A model generated the notes under the pieces. It had not been told where the DNA came from. It did no database searches and worked only from the letters and a program-made list of their open reading frames with translations. A DNA stretch of 64,000 nt from an uncultured Planctomycetales bacterium. Lineage in GTDB: Bacteria; Omnitrophota; Gorgyraeia; Zapsychrales; JBDRMG01. Positions 28,330 to 37,213 of the stretch are shown piece after piece (the first letter of the stretch is position 1; the number at the start of each line of letters is the position of its first letter). The stretch is from positions 19,832 through 83,831 of the forward strand of contig CAYZIY010000005.1 of the NCBI GenBank assembly GCA_964478715.1, given 5' to 3'. Both the position numbers and the translations under genes were made by a program.

Positions 28330-29032
28330 CGGTCGCGCCAAAGACAAGCTGAGAAAAATTAAGATCACCAAGCCGTATTCCAAATATGCCGAGGGTTCTT
28401 GTCTGATCGAGTTTGGAGATACTCGTGTGATTTGTACGGCGACATGCGAAGAGAATGTACCGCCATTTCTAAGAAATACACAAACAGGATGGGTAACAGC
28501 TGAATACGGGATGCTTCCGCGGTCCTGTGAGAGCCGGATTTTGCGCGATAAAGTATCGGGTCGCCGTTTTGAGATTCAAAGATTAATCGGGCGTTCTCTG
28601 CGTAGTGTCGTTAATATGGATATCATGGGAGAGCGGACCATAAAATTGGATTGTGATGTCATTCAGGCGGACGGGGGAACCCGTACTGCTTCAATAACCG
28701 GCGCATTTATTGCTTTGGCCGATGCCTTTCTGAAAATAAAAAATCAAAACTTGATTCAGCATATGCCTTTGACGGATTATGTGGCCGCTGTCAGCGTTGG
28801 AAGCATTGAGGGTCAGTTGCTTTTAGATCTTGATTACGCCGAGGACAGCCGGGCTGATACGGATATGAACGTAGTAATGCTTAGAAGCGGAAAATATATC
28901 GAGGTTCAAGGGACTTCCGAAGGGAAACCTTTTTCCAAAAATGATATGGACGGCATGATGGAATTGGCCTCTAAAGGAATCGGCGAATTGATTCAACTGC
29001 AGAAAAAAGCATTAAAGGATTTGAGTTTGTAA
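28313..29032 (+). CDS. rph: ribonuclease PH
   Basis: [43 protein letters not shown]...[13 protein letters not shown] is the classic RNase PH N-terminus. Start at ATG 28313 overlaps queF by 17 nt. The ORF-track start at 28247 is probably too far 5'. Confidence 0.85.
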   Translation: MMIRPSGRAKDKLRKIKITKPYSKYAEGSCLIEFGDTRVICTATCEENVPPFLRNTQTGWVTAEYGMLPRSCESRILRDKVSGRRFEIQRLIGRSLRSVVNMDIMGERTIKLDCDVIQADGGTRTASITGAFIALADAFLKIKNQNLIQHMPLTDYVAAVSVGSIEGQLLLDLDYAEDSRADTDMNVVMLRSGKYIEVQGTSEGKPFSKNDMDGMMELASKGIGELIQLQKKALKDLSL

Positions 29033-29641
29033 ATGAAGGAATTGATTGTTGCCACTCGCAATAAAAAGAAACTTAAAGAAATCAAAGAGCTGCTTACGGA
29101 TTGTGATTGTAAAGTGACTTCAATCATGGATTATCCCCTAATGCCGACTATCGAAGAAAACGGAAATACATTTGTGGAAAATGCCATCAAAAAAGCGGCG
29201 ACCATTTCTCTTTATACCGGCAAATTGGTAATGGGGGAAGACTCGGGGCTGGAAGTCAAAGCTCTCCATAACGGGCCCGGAATTTATTCTGCTAGGTTTA
29301 GCGGTCCTCAAGCTACGGATAAGAAAAACAATGCCAAATTGCTGCGTCAACTTAGAAGTGTTCCCGTAAACCGGCGGCAGGCCCGTTATCGTTGCGCTGT
29401 TGCATTAACAGATAGAAAAGGAATTATCGATGTAGTTGAAGGCAGTTGCAGTGGACTTATTGCCCTTCGGCCCAAGGGGACCAATGGATTCGGTTACGAC
29501 CCCCTTTTCTATGTAAAACGTTATCAAAAAACTTTTGGCGAGATGGATCCGGCTATCAAAGCTAAAATCAGCCATCGCGCTCGTGCCCTCAAAAAATTCA
29601 AAAAGACTATTCAAAAATACCTTGCAAGGTATCCAGAATAA
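29033..29641 (+). CDS. rdgB: dITP/XTP pyrophosphatase (RdgB/Ham1 family)
   Basis: ELIVATRNKKKLKEIKELL, EDSGLEV, and FGYDPLFYVKRYQKTFGEM...KISHRARAL. Confidence 0.9.
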   Translation: MKELIVATRNKKKLKEIKELLTDCDCKVTSIMDYPLMPTIEENGNTFVENAIKKAATISLYTGKLVMGEDSGLEVKALHNGPGIYSARFSGPQATDKKNNAKLLRQLRSVPVNRRQARYRCAVALTDRKGIIDVVEGSCSGLIALRPKGTNGFGYDPLFYVKRYQKTFGEMDPAIKAKISHRARALKKFKKTIQKYLARYPE

Positions 29642-32447
29642 AATCTCCCGTCTTTCTTAATACATTTACGGAATCCGGAACAACAAGATAGTGGGGGTCA
29701 TCCAGGCTTCCTGTTAATCGGATGGTCAGGTATTCATCGGTTTTGGTCAGGATTGTTGTGCTGAGTTTCTGCAAAGATTCAGAATTACGGATCACATTCT
29801 TATCAAAGAGAGAAAACAGATAGAAATTGAGTTTCTTATTGAAACCCAGCCACCCTCGGCAAATCATCGTCAGTGGTTTGCTTTTCAGCTCAAAGTCGTC
29901 CGTAAGAATCCGTTGATCCTTGATCACAAAATGACCTTCGGCCTCCTGAAAAACAATTCGACCATACTCAGGAATTAATAAAAATTTTCCAAAATCTTTG
30001 AGGAGATCTAATTCCCACAAATGACCGTTTGTAATCCGCAGAAATCCTTTTCCATTGGCTTGCTTTAGTTTCGTTAAAGGCCCGTTGAGAGAAAGATTTC
30101 CAGAAATCAGACCCCGTATGTTTTCATTACTCCAAATTGTATCTTTCTTCAATTTTTGTAAATCGATCTTTTCAAAATAGGCGGAAACGCTGGAATTTAA
30201 ATCAGAATCATCGAGTGCGGTCATCAGAGTGGTTTCAAAATTTCCTGCATAGAGTTGTCCTTTCAGGGTTGCTTCGTGGATAGTTTGATCAGATTGTGTA
30301 TATTGACCCTCAAGGTTACTGAAATGATAACCTGAGAGAGAAAAATCTTTGCTGGATATCTTTAAAGAGGCTGTCCAGTTTTTCAAGTTAGGATAGGAGC
30401 CTCTTAATGATCCATCAAGCAGAAATCGACCCTTTATTTCCTGTCTTTTCAACTGATTCTCTAAGTTGGGAAAAAGCAAAATAAGATCGGGAGAATTGAC
30501 GTCAAGACGCCCTTTAAGATCAAATTGAGGTTTCTTTTCTACCGGCAGTAGAAGATGTCCGCTGATAGAGAAATTAGAATCATAAAGATGTCCTTCGCAT
30601 TTTGTTATTTTAAAAGCCTGCTTGCGGAATTTAACCTCTGTTTGGAGCTGGCCGATTTCTGAGGTGAGGGTTGTCTGAAGGAAGGGCCAGTCAAAGTTTT
30701 TTAATGTTCCATTGGCTGTGAATTCATTTTCCGCAAAGGAACCCTGAAGATTGATCCAGGCCAGGGAGTCATTTCCATAAACAATCTGTCCGTTTATTTT
30801 TGTAATAGGTTTCGGCCAGTGGTTCATATTAAAGGACGCATCTTGCAAAAGAGCGCTGATCTTAAAATCAGACTTTCGTATTTCTCCGATATGGCTCAAC
30901 AATCCTTGATATGCAAAAACGGTATCGCCTTTTCCCGCAACGGACATCGGATACGTTTTAAAAATCTCAGGAAAAAGAACAGGAATTTTGGCCAAGTCAA
31001 TCAGACTTTTACCGCTGAAGATCAATGTCGGTTCAGTGGCGTCTTTGAGCTTTGCAATCCGTCCGTTGGTATCCAGAGCGATATCCTCATAGCGGAAGCT
31101 TACATCTTCCCAGGAGATTTCACCGTCTTCATAATAGATGGCACCGGTGATACTTTCAAGAGGGGCGGGTATTCGATCGGTTGTTAAGCGGGTTTGCGAA
31201 AGAGTTGTTCTTAGTTTTAAGGCGGAAGGATCGATCTTTCGTAATCGCCCCTGGTAATCGAGATTCATCTTGGCCGGACCTTCCATTTCAATAGCATATT
31301 CCTCAAACCATTCGGGAAAGAGACGGGTCAGCTGAGACAGATCAAATGAGGAAACAATGGAGGCATCAACCCTGGGATCGGCAAATTTTGTTAGCGTACC
31401 TGACAATTCCAGGCGGATATTATCGTGATATCCCGAAAGCCCCGACGTGCTTAAGAGGGGATCCTTAAAATCCAGGCGTCCCCGGATATCGCGAATTTCC
31501 TTTAGGCGCGCAAGACCGCTTAAGGAATCTTTTTGAAAGTCAATCGCCCCGCTTAATTTGATCGGATCATCTTTCCCGGGATGATAAGTCGCATCCAAGC
31601 TGATCAGGGGATTCCCTTGATATACATAATGGGCATCCAGAATGAACCGGCAGCGTCTTAAGTTGGAGCGGCTGGTTAAATTCCAGACACCTTTTTTGTG
31701 TGTTAAAATGCCGCTTGATTTTTCAACGATACCTTCGGGCATTTGAGCGGTTCTGAGATGGCCGTAAAGAGTCAGATATTTGGCCAGATCAAGAGCTTTG
31801 AGATTAAAATCCGTATAAAGTGATTGCGAAGAATAATTATAGGTTCCTTTTGCGATGATGGAAGGGAAGCCAATGCTTTGCGGATAAGCCTCAATCGAAA
31901 ATTTAATATTGTTTTTAAGAAACAACGAAGCATTGAATTTCACGTTTTGCAAAAGTTCGGAAAAGGCGGGCTGTAAGGATTCGTCAGTGATTTGGATGCT
32001 CGATTCTTCAATGGAAAGAGAACCAATGATGATTGAAGATTCAATAAGTTTCTGATTATCCGAAGTTAACAGATCGTCGAAATTCCACTTTTCATTTTTA
32101 TCTTTATGGAGATAAAGGTAAAGCTTTTTTATCTTAAGAGAAGGAATAATAAATTTCCTTTCTTTCAAGATTTTTAAATACAGGATATTAAAGGATAATT
32201 CATCGATATAACAATTTGAGTGCTGGGGATCGCTTTGATCGCTGATAGTTATTTGCTTAACAGTGAATCCTGTTAAAGGATTGAACTCAATGTGACCGAT
32301 AGCTACCTTTCTATTGAGGATTTCCTGGGTTTTGTCTGTGGCGAATTCTCTTAGTTTTTGGGGTACAATTGTCTGGTTGGCCATAAAGAGAAATATGGCC
32401 AGAGCGACAATGAGAGGGACAAAAGATTTACGAAGAAGTCGTTTCAT
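29607..32447 (-). CDS. AsmA-family large envelope protein (N-terminal TM anchor, long beta-rich periplasmic region)
   Basis: 946 aa. N-terminal TM LIVALAIFLFMANQ. Repetitive beta-strand-rich G/S/N/T composition typical of AsmA/TamB-like proteins. 3' end converges on rdgB with a 35-nt overlap. Confidence 0.5.
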   Translation of the reverse strand: MKRLLRKSFVPLIVALAIFLFMANQTIVPQKLREFATDKTQEILNRKVAIGHIEFNPLTGFTVKQITISDQSDPQHSNCYIDELSFNILYLKILKERKFIIPSLKIKKLYLYLHKDKNEKWNFDDLLTSDNQKLIESSIIIGSLSIEESSIQITDESLQPAFSELLQNVKFNASLFLKNNIKFSIEAYPQSIGFPSIIAKGTYNYSSQSLYTDFNLKALDLAKYLTLYGHLRTAQMPEGIVEKSSGILTHKKGVWNLTSRSNLRRCRFILDAHYVYQGNPLISLDATYHPGKDDPIKLSGAIDFQKDSLSGLARLKEIRDIRGRLDFKDPLLSTSGLSGYHDNIRLELSGTLTKFADPRVDASIVSSFDLSQLTRLFPEWFEEYAIEMEGPAKMNLDYQGRLRKIDPSALKLRTTLSQTRLTTDRIPAPLESITGAIYYEDGEISWEDVSFRYEDIALDTNGRIAKLKDATEPTLIFSGKSLIDLAKIPVLFPEIFKTYPMSVAGKGDTVFAYQGLLSHIGEIRKSDFKISALLQDASFNMNHWPKPITKINGQIVYGNDSLAWINLQGSFAENEFTANGTLKNFDWPFLQTTLTSEIGQLQTEVKFRKQAFKITKCEGHLYDSNFSISGHLLLPVEKKPQFDLKGRLDVNSPDLILLFPNLENQLKRQEIKGRFLLDGSLRGSYPNLKNWTASLKISSKDFSLSGYHFSNLEGQYTQSDQTIHEATLKGQLYAGNFETTLMTALDDSDLNSSVSAYFEKIDLQKLKKDTIWSNENIRGLISGNLSLNGPLTKLKQANGKGFLRITNGHLWELDLLKDFGKFLLIPEYGRIVFQEAEGHFVIKDQRILTDDFELKSKPLTMICRGWLGFNKKLNFYLFSLFDKNVIRNSESLQKLSTTILTKTDEYLTIRLTGSLDDPHYLVVPDSVNVLRKTGDFILDTLQGIFE

Positions 32448-32541
32448 AAAACAATATTATATAACAGTTTCGAAAGCAAAAGACAAGGTCATCTTTCAAT
32501 TTGCACAGGATAGATGCGCGTGATATACTAATCGATTAATT

Positions 32542-32555
32542 CGGGGCGTAGCGCA
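32542..32555 (+). repeat. 14-nt exact duplicate of the tRNA-Pro 5' end (CGGGGCGTAGCGCA), 178 bp upstream of the gene
   Basis: Direct comparison with 32720-32733. A 10-bp inverted repeat TATCCCGAGC (32558-32567) / GCTCGGGATA (32647-32656) lies between them. Confidence 0.5.
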
Positions 32556-32719
32556 TTTATCCCGAGCCACACCGGAGGTGGGGCGAGGGAGATTGGCCCT
32601 ATTCTTTGAAGCTTTGTTCCCTTGCGACTAGAATCAATAAATTGTCGCTCGGGATAAATTCCGTCCGCAAACTTATTTTCACTCGCTTTTGCTCGCTCCA
32701 TAAGTTTGGGCGTTATTCA

Positions 32720-32793
32720 CGGGGCGTAGCGCAGCTTGGCTAGCGCGTCTGCTTTGGGAGCAGAAGGTCCTGGGTTCAAATCCCAGCGCCCCG
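32720..32793 (+). tRNA. tRNA-Pro (anticodon TGG)
   Basis: 74 nt. 7-bp acceptor CGGGGCG/CGCCCCG. D-arm GCGC...GCGC. Anticodon stem TCTGC/GCAGA with loop TTTGGGA (TGG, G37). T-arm CTGGG-TTCAAAT-CCCAG. Discriminator A. No encoded CCA; followed by T7. Confidence 0.9.
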
Positions 32794-32846
32794 ATTTTTT
32801 TGTTATTTTGACGCTGCTTTATTTCCCTAATATTTCTTTTCGAATT

Positions 32847-33416
32847 CTAACGAGTTAACTGAAATGTGTTAACAATCTCAGCAATTTTTCTTATCCATTT
32901 TTTGTCCCAGTTACTGAACCACTGATAAGTGATGATGTGATAATCTTTGACATGAGGCAGGATAATCGAGTTGGAATGCCTTGTGACGTCACCTTTTTGT
33001 GCTTTGACAACAAGACGAGTGGCGCGGTAATTTGCAAATATAGCTCCTTTTGTTTCAAAGTTAAATTGACGATAACCCTCTTTTTCAAATTCTCTTTTTA
33101 GATCCCGCACTTTTTTGGAAATTATGCTTCTTAGCTGAAAACCTTCTGGGACAATATCATTCATAAAGGCGTACATTTCAATTTCAACTAGGAGTTGGCG
33201 GCTTTGAGGGTGATGAAAGGTGTAGACGGTTTTCTCTATTTTCATTGACGAGCGATCGACTTCGCTGGTGATTTTCCAGTTTGAGGGATACTCAATCTCA
33301 AAGGTGGCTTCCTGAAGGGTTTCGCGTTCTTTGGAAATCGTCAGATTCGCAGGCTCTTTGGAGCACCCGGTGATCAGCAGGAATAATATAATGCAACAGG
33401 AGAATTTCATTTCCAT
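32847..33416 (-). CDS. hypothetical lipoprotein
   Basis: Probable start MEMKFSCCIILFLLITGCSKE (lipobox LITGC). The rest has no recognisable domain. The ORF-track start at 33479 is probably too far 5'. Confidence 0.45.
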   Translation of the reverse strand: MEMKFSCCIILFLLITGCSKEPANLTISKERETLQEATFEIEYPSNWKITSEVDRSSMKIEKTVYTFHHPQSRQLLVEIEMYAFMNDIVPEGFQLRSIISKKVRDLKREFEKEGYRQFNFETKGAIFANYRATRLVVKAQKGDVTRHSNSIILPHVKDYHIITYQWFSNWDKKWIRKIAEIVNTFQLTR

Positions 33417-33513
33417 TATTCTTATTTTATGACCGCAGGAAGACGATTTCAATGAAGAACTCTGATATTTGCTTGTCATCTTAAAGATCAGAGGTTAAAA
33501 TAAGGCTGCCCTT

Positions 33514-33945
33514 GTGATGAATATGAAAAAAAAGCGCAAAGTTCTCATTATCGATGATGATCCGGAGATAATCGAAAAAATCCAAAAATGGCTTTTTTCG
33601 TCTCATTACGATGTTATGAGCGCTCTTAATGCTTCCGTCGGCATAGAACGAGCCAAGAAAAACAAGCCCGATTTAATCCTCTGCGATTTAATGCTTCCTG
33701 ATCAAGGCGGTGTGGATGTGGCTAAACTTTTGAGAGCCGATGTCGAAACACAAAATATCCCCGTTGTTTTTGTTACTGTCACAATGGGTGTTGAACTGGA
33801 CAAAGGAGATGAGACAATAGAGATTGACGGCTGGCTGTATCGAATTTTCGCCAAACCTCTCCATTCCCGAAAATTGCTTAGTGAAATTCGCAAATCTATC
33901 AATAGAAAAATTCATAAGAATATTTCACGGATTCAGGGAAGTTAA
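33514..33945 (+). CDS. single-domain response regulator (receiver only)
   Basis: KVLIIDDDPEIIEK...PDLILCDLMLPDQGG...IPVVFVT. Confidence 0.7.
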   Translation: MMNMKKKRKVLIIDDDPEIIEKIQKWLFSSHYDVMSALNASVGIERAKKNKPDLILCDLMLPDQGGVDVAKLLRADVETQNIPVVFVTVTMGVELDKGDETIEIDGWLYRIFAKPLHSRKLLSEIRKSINRKIHKNISRIQGS

Positions 33946-33967
33946 TCAAAACAATGAAGGGGTAATT

Positions 33968-34846
33968 ATGGGAAAGAAGATTTTAGTCGTTGATGACGAG
34001 CAGGATCTTTTAATGATGGTGGAGACGCGGCTTTCGGCCAACGGCTATGAGGTTGTTACTGCCGAAAACGGTCTTCAGGGGCTTGAGAAAGTATCACAAG
34101 CAAAGCCCGATCTGATCATTTCCGATGTTTTGATGCCGGAAATGGACGGCTTCGCTTTTTATAAAGAATTGAAAAACAAAGAAGAAACCAAGAGCATTCC
34201 GGTTTTGATTTTAACGGCCCGCGGAAAGATGCGCGATACGTTTATGACTATCGGGGTCGATGATTTTTTGGCTAAACCTTTTCAGCCGGAAGAATTGCTG
34301 GGCAAAGTCAGCGCTCTTCTTAGTCTCAGTGCTGCTGAGGTAACTCAGGCCCAGGAGTCTGCCTCGGTTTCTAAGGATAATCAATCCGAGAAACCTGCCG
34401 AAAAAAGAGAAGAAAAACCGGTGGCTCCGTCGGCTTCCGAAATTTTTAAAATTCTTATTGTAGCCAGCACTCCGGAGATTGCCCAGAGAGTGACAAAGCA
34501 GCTTAGCGAGAAGAACTGTGAGATTCAGTCCGTGACCAAGGGGGGGGAGGCCTCTGCCAAGGCACAAGAAATCAGTCCGAATCTTATTCTGATGGAAGTC
34601 CATCTGGATGATCAGCCCGCCAAGAACGCTATTGCCAAAATCCGGCGGGTGATGGCCTTAAAGAAGACACCCATTGCGCTTTTCAGCTATTTAGATAAAA
34701 CGCAAAACAATGGAGAATCTATTCATCAAAAGCAAATCCAAATCGACGGTGAAAGAAAGACTGCTTTGGATGCCGGGGGTACAGAATTTTTGGGATGTCT
34801 TAATGAGGTCTCTTTTGCAAAAGGTCTAAGAAAATATCTCCCTTAG
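33968..34846 (+). CDS. tandem-receiver response regulator (REC + degenerate REC, no output domain)
   Basis: MGKKILVVDDEQDLLMMV...PDLIISDVLMPEMDGF...IPVLILTA after the SD GAAGGGG. Second REC-like region ILIVASTPEIAQRV...PNLILMEVHLDD. The ORF-track start at 33824 is probably too far 5'. Confidence 0.7.
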   Translation: MGKKILVVDDEQDLLMMVETRLSANGYEVVTAENGLQGLEKVSQAKPDLIISDVLMPEMDGFAFYKELKNKEETKSIPVLILTARGKMRDTFMTIGVDDFLAKPFQPEELLGKVSALLSLSAAEVTQAQESASVSKDNQSEKPAEKREEKPVAPSASEIFKILIVASTPEIAQRVTKQLSEKNCEIQSVTKGGEASAKAQEISPNLILMEVHLDDQPAKNAIAKIRRVMALKKTPIALFSYLDKTQNNGESIHQKQIQIDGERKTALDAGGTEFLGCLNEVSFAKGLRKYLP

Positions 34847-34892
34847 GTTTTATGTAAGACGCTTTGTCCTGCCTTAAAAAAATCCATTGAAA

Positions 34893-34910
34893 ACCACACA
34901 TATGTGTGGT
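34893..34910 (+). promoter_or_regulatory. 18-bp perfect palindrome ACCACACATATGTGTGGT (candidate operator) abutting a TATTAT -10-like hexamer
   Basis: Exact reverse-complement symmetry read directly from the sequence. Lies ~55 nt upstream of the small ORF that precedes dinB. Confidence 0.5.
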
Positions 34911-34962
34911 ATTATTCCTCTACCCCTGAAGAGTCTTTTTTAACATAGGAGGAGAGGATCGT

Positions 34963-35250
34963 ATGTTTTCCCGCAATGCCCGCTGGGATCGGCATCTTCC
35001 CCATGAAAGCCATCACGAAAAATCCATTGAAGTCGGCGTCATTTTCAAAAACGGGAAACTCTATCCGCGCTGGTTTATCTGGCAAAGTCGCAAGTACATC
35101 ATCAAGGAAGTGACCTATGAATGGAAAGACAAAAAGGGTGATGAGATATTGCATTGCTTTTCTGTCAGCGATGGAGCCAACCTCTATCATATTCATTTCA
35201 ATCATAAATGGGTTCACTGGAGGCTTAAGAAGATATGTCCGATCGAGTGA
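34963..35250 (+). CDS. hypothetical His/Trp-rich small protein, translationally coupled to dinB
   Basis: 95 aa, with SD GGAGGAGAGG upstream. Motifs HLPHESHHEK and HIHFNHKWVHW. Its 3' end overlaps dinB by 16 nt. Confidence 0.45.
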   Translation: MFSRNARWDRHLPHESHHEKSIEVGVIFKNGKLYPRWFIWQSRKYIIKEVTYEWKDKKGDEILHCFSVSDGANLYHIHFNHKWVHWRLKKICPIE

Positions 35251-36407
35251 TGCATATCGATATGGATGCGTTTTTTGCCTCTATTGAACAGCAGGTTAAT
35301 CCGGCCTTGCGCGGCAAACCGGTGGTGGTGGGAGGCCGCAACAATAAATATCGTTCCATTATTTGCGCAGCCTCTTATGAGGCCAAGGCGCTGGGGATCA
35401 ATTCAACGATGCCATCCTGGAAGGCATTTCGAATTTGTCCTGAGGTTGTCTTTGTTCCTGCGGATACCGCCAAATATCTTTATACGTCTGAGGAAATTTT
35501 CTATCTTTTGGAAGAATTCAGCCCGAGAGTGGAAGCCTATTCGGTGGATGAGTTTTTTGTCGACATCATGCACTGTGAACGATTTTTTAAATCAGAGAAA
35601 GAGATGGGCCAAAAGATCAAAGAGCGTATTAAAGAACGCTTTGGCATTACCTGCTCGGTCGGCATTGCTCCGACGAGAATAACCGCCAAATTGGCCGCCA
35701 AGCTGGGAAAGCCGGATGGGCTTGTCTCGCTTGATTATGCAAAAGCCAAAGAGGTTTTGAAATCTCTTTCTGTTGAAAAAATATGCGGTATCGGACCGCG
35801 GTTAAAACGGCGATTTTCTTCACTTGGCATTGAAACATGCGGGCAGCTTGCAGAATATCCGGATGCGGTCCTTAAAGAGCATTTTGGGGTAGTTGGGCTT
35901 TGGCTGAAATCATCCTGCCTGATAGAAGATACGGTAAGTTGCTCGTATTTCCAAAAAGCGCCTGATACCCCCAAGTCGGTGGGGCATTCACAAACTTTAA
36001 AAAGAGCTTGTGCCGATCAGGAATATATCAAAAACTGGATGTATCTTCTCTCTGAAATGATTGCCGGGCGTCTGAGGCATTTGCAAAGGCAGGGGCGCAC
36101 CATATTTTTTTATTTCAGTTCAGATTTCCATCAGGGGTGCGCCCGTCAAAAAACATTTCAGGAACCCACCTATGATGGCTATGAGATTTATCAAAGAGTC
36201 CTCAAAGTTCTTCAAGAAATGAATGTTAATGAGCTGATCGTGCGCGTTTTGGGAATCAATGTCTCGAATCTGTGTGAGGCCAACAATCGCTATCTTTTTC
36301 AAAGGCAGAAAAAAAGGGAAAGGCTGCTTCAGGAGATCGATCACATTAATGATCGCTTCGGATCTTGGACCATCTGCCCGGCTGCACTCAAAAATGCGGA
36401 GCATTAA
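35235..36407 (+). CDS. dinB: DNA polymerase IV (Y-family)
   Basis: HIDMDAFFASIEQQVNPALRGKPVVVGG, SIICAASYEAKALGI, and the little-finger domain. Confidence 0.9.
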   Translation: MSDRVMHIDMDAFFASIEQQVNPALRGKPVVVGGRNNKYRSIICAASYEAKALGINSTMPSWKAFRICPEVVFVPADTAKYLYTSEEIFYLLEEFSPRVEAYSVDEFFVDIMHCERFFKSEKEMGQKIKERIKERFGITCSVGIAPTRITAKLAAKLGKPDGLVSLDYAKAKEVLKSLSVEKICGIGPRLKRRFSSLGIETCGQLAEYPDAVLKEHFGVVGLWLKSSCLIEDTVSCSYFQKAPDTPKSVGHSQTLKRACADQEYIKNWMYLLSEMIAGRLRHLQRQGRTIFFYFSSDFHQGCARQKTFQEPTYDGYEIYQRVLKVLQEMNVNELIVRVLGINVSNLCEANNRYLFQRQKKRERLLQEIDHINDRFGSWTICPAALKNAEH

Positions 36408-36463
36408 TTTTGCAAGCCATATTCCTTCTTGCCCAAAAGGACAACACGCATTATGATAAGGCC

Positions 36464-37123
36464 ATGTGTGGACGGATCACATTCACAGAAACAGACGGAG
36501 GGCAGCTTAAGGAGCGGTTCCAACTCAAAAAACTGCCTGAAAATCTTCAACCTCGGTATAATATTGCTCCGTCTCAAAATATTCCTGCGATTCTAAACAC
36601 ATTTCCTAACGAGTTAAAAATGGTTCGTTGGGGTCTTATTCCCAGTTGGGCTGAGGATGAAAAGCTAAGTTTTAAAATGATCAATGCCCGCGCCGAGACC
36701 ATTTTTGACAAGCCTGCTTATCGGAGTGCGATTCGCAGGCGCCGCTGTCTGATTCTTGCCGATTCATTTTTCGAATGGCAAAAGACAAATGGAAAAAAAC
36801 AGCCTTACCGCATTATCCTTAAAGATCAAAATCTTTTTGCCCTGGCCGGCATTTGGGATGTCTGGAAAAAAAACGGTCAGGACATTCCCACCTGTTCTAT
36901 TATTACCACCTCTCCCAATACTTTTATGCGCGAATTTCACGATCGTATGCCGGTGATTCTTGAGAAAGACAAAGAGCGGGAATGGTTAAGCGACATGGCC
37001 CCCAATGGTATTGCGGAATTCCTTAAGCCCTACCGATTTGATAACTTGCAAGCTTATCAAGTTGGCCTGGCAGTCAATTCTCCGGCCATAGATACGCCGG
37101 ATGTGATCCGCCTCCTTGAATGA
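36464..37123 (+). CDS. SOS-response-associated peptidase (SRAP/YedK family; abasic-site sensor)
   Basis: Starts MCGRITF (Cys2 nucleophile). Internal RYNIAPSQNIPAI, WGLIPSW and the H-containing motif FHDRMPVIL. The ORF-track start at 36365 is probably too far 5'. Confidence 0.8.
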   Translation: MCGRITFTETDGGQLKERFQLKKLPENLQPRYNIAPSQNIPAILNTFPNELKMVRWGLIPSWAEDEKLSFKMINARAETIFDKPAYRSAIRRRRCLILADSFFEWQKTNGKKQPYRIILKDQNLFALAGIWDVWKKNGQDIPTCSIITTSPNTFMREFHDRMPVILEKDKEREWLSDMAPNGIAEFLKPYRFDNLQAYQVGLAVNSPAIDTPDVIRLLE

Positions 37124-37213
37124 ATTTTGTGTAACCCCAAAATGAATTTTGTTTGACATATTAGGGATTGTCCTGTAAAAGGGATATACATTAAGTTTTG
37201 CAGGGAGAAAGAT

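Noticed and set aside
32520-32800. Possibility of an integrated mobile element or genomic island at the tRNA-Pro gene
   Set aside because: Only ~180 bp separate the partial repeat from the tRNA. No integrase, transposase or cargo ORF is present on either side, and no compositional shift was seen. It is kept only as a low-interest scar or structured-RNA observation.
35266-35682. 138-aa + strand ORF in an alternate frame inside dinB
   Set aside because: Arg/Trp/Pro-rich nonsense composition, fully contained within the well-supported dinB frame.
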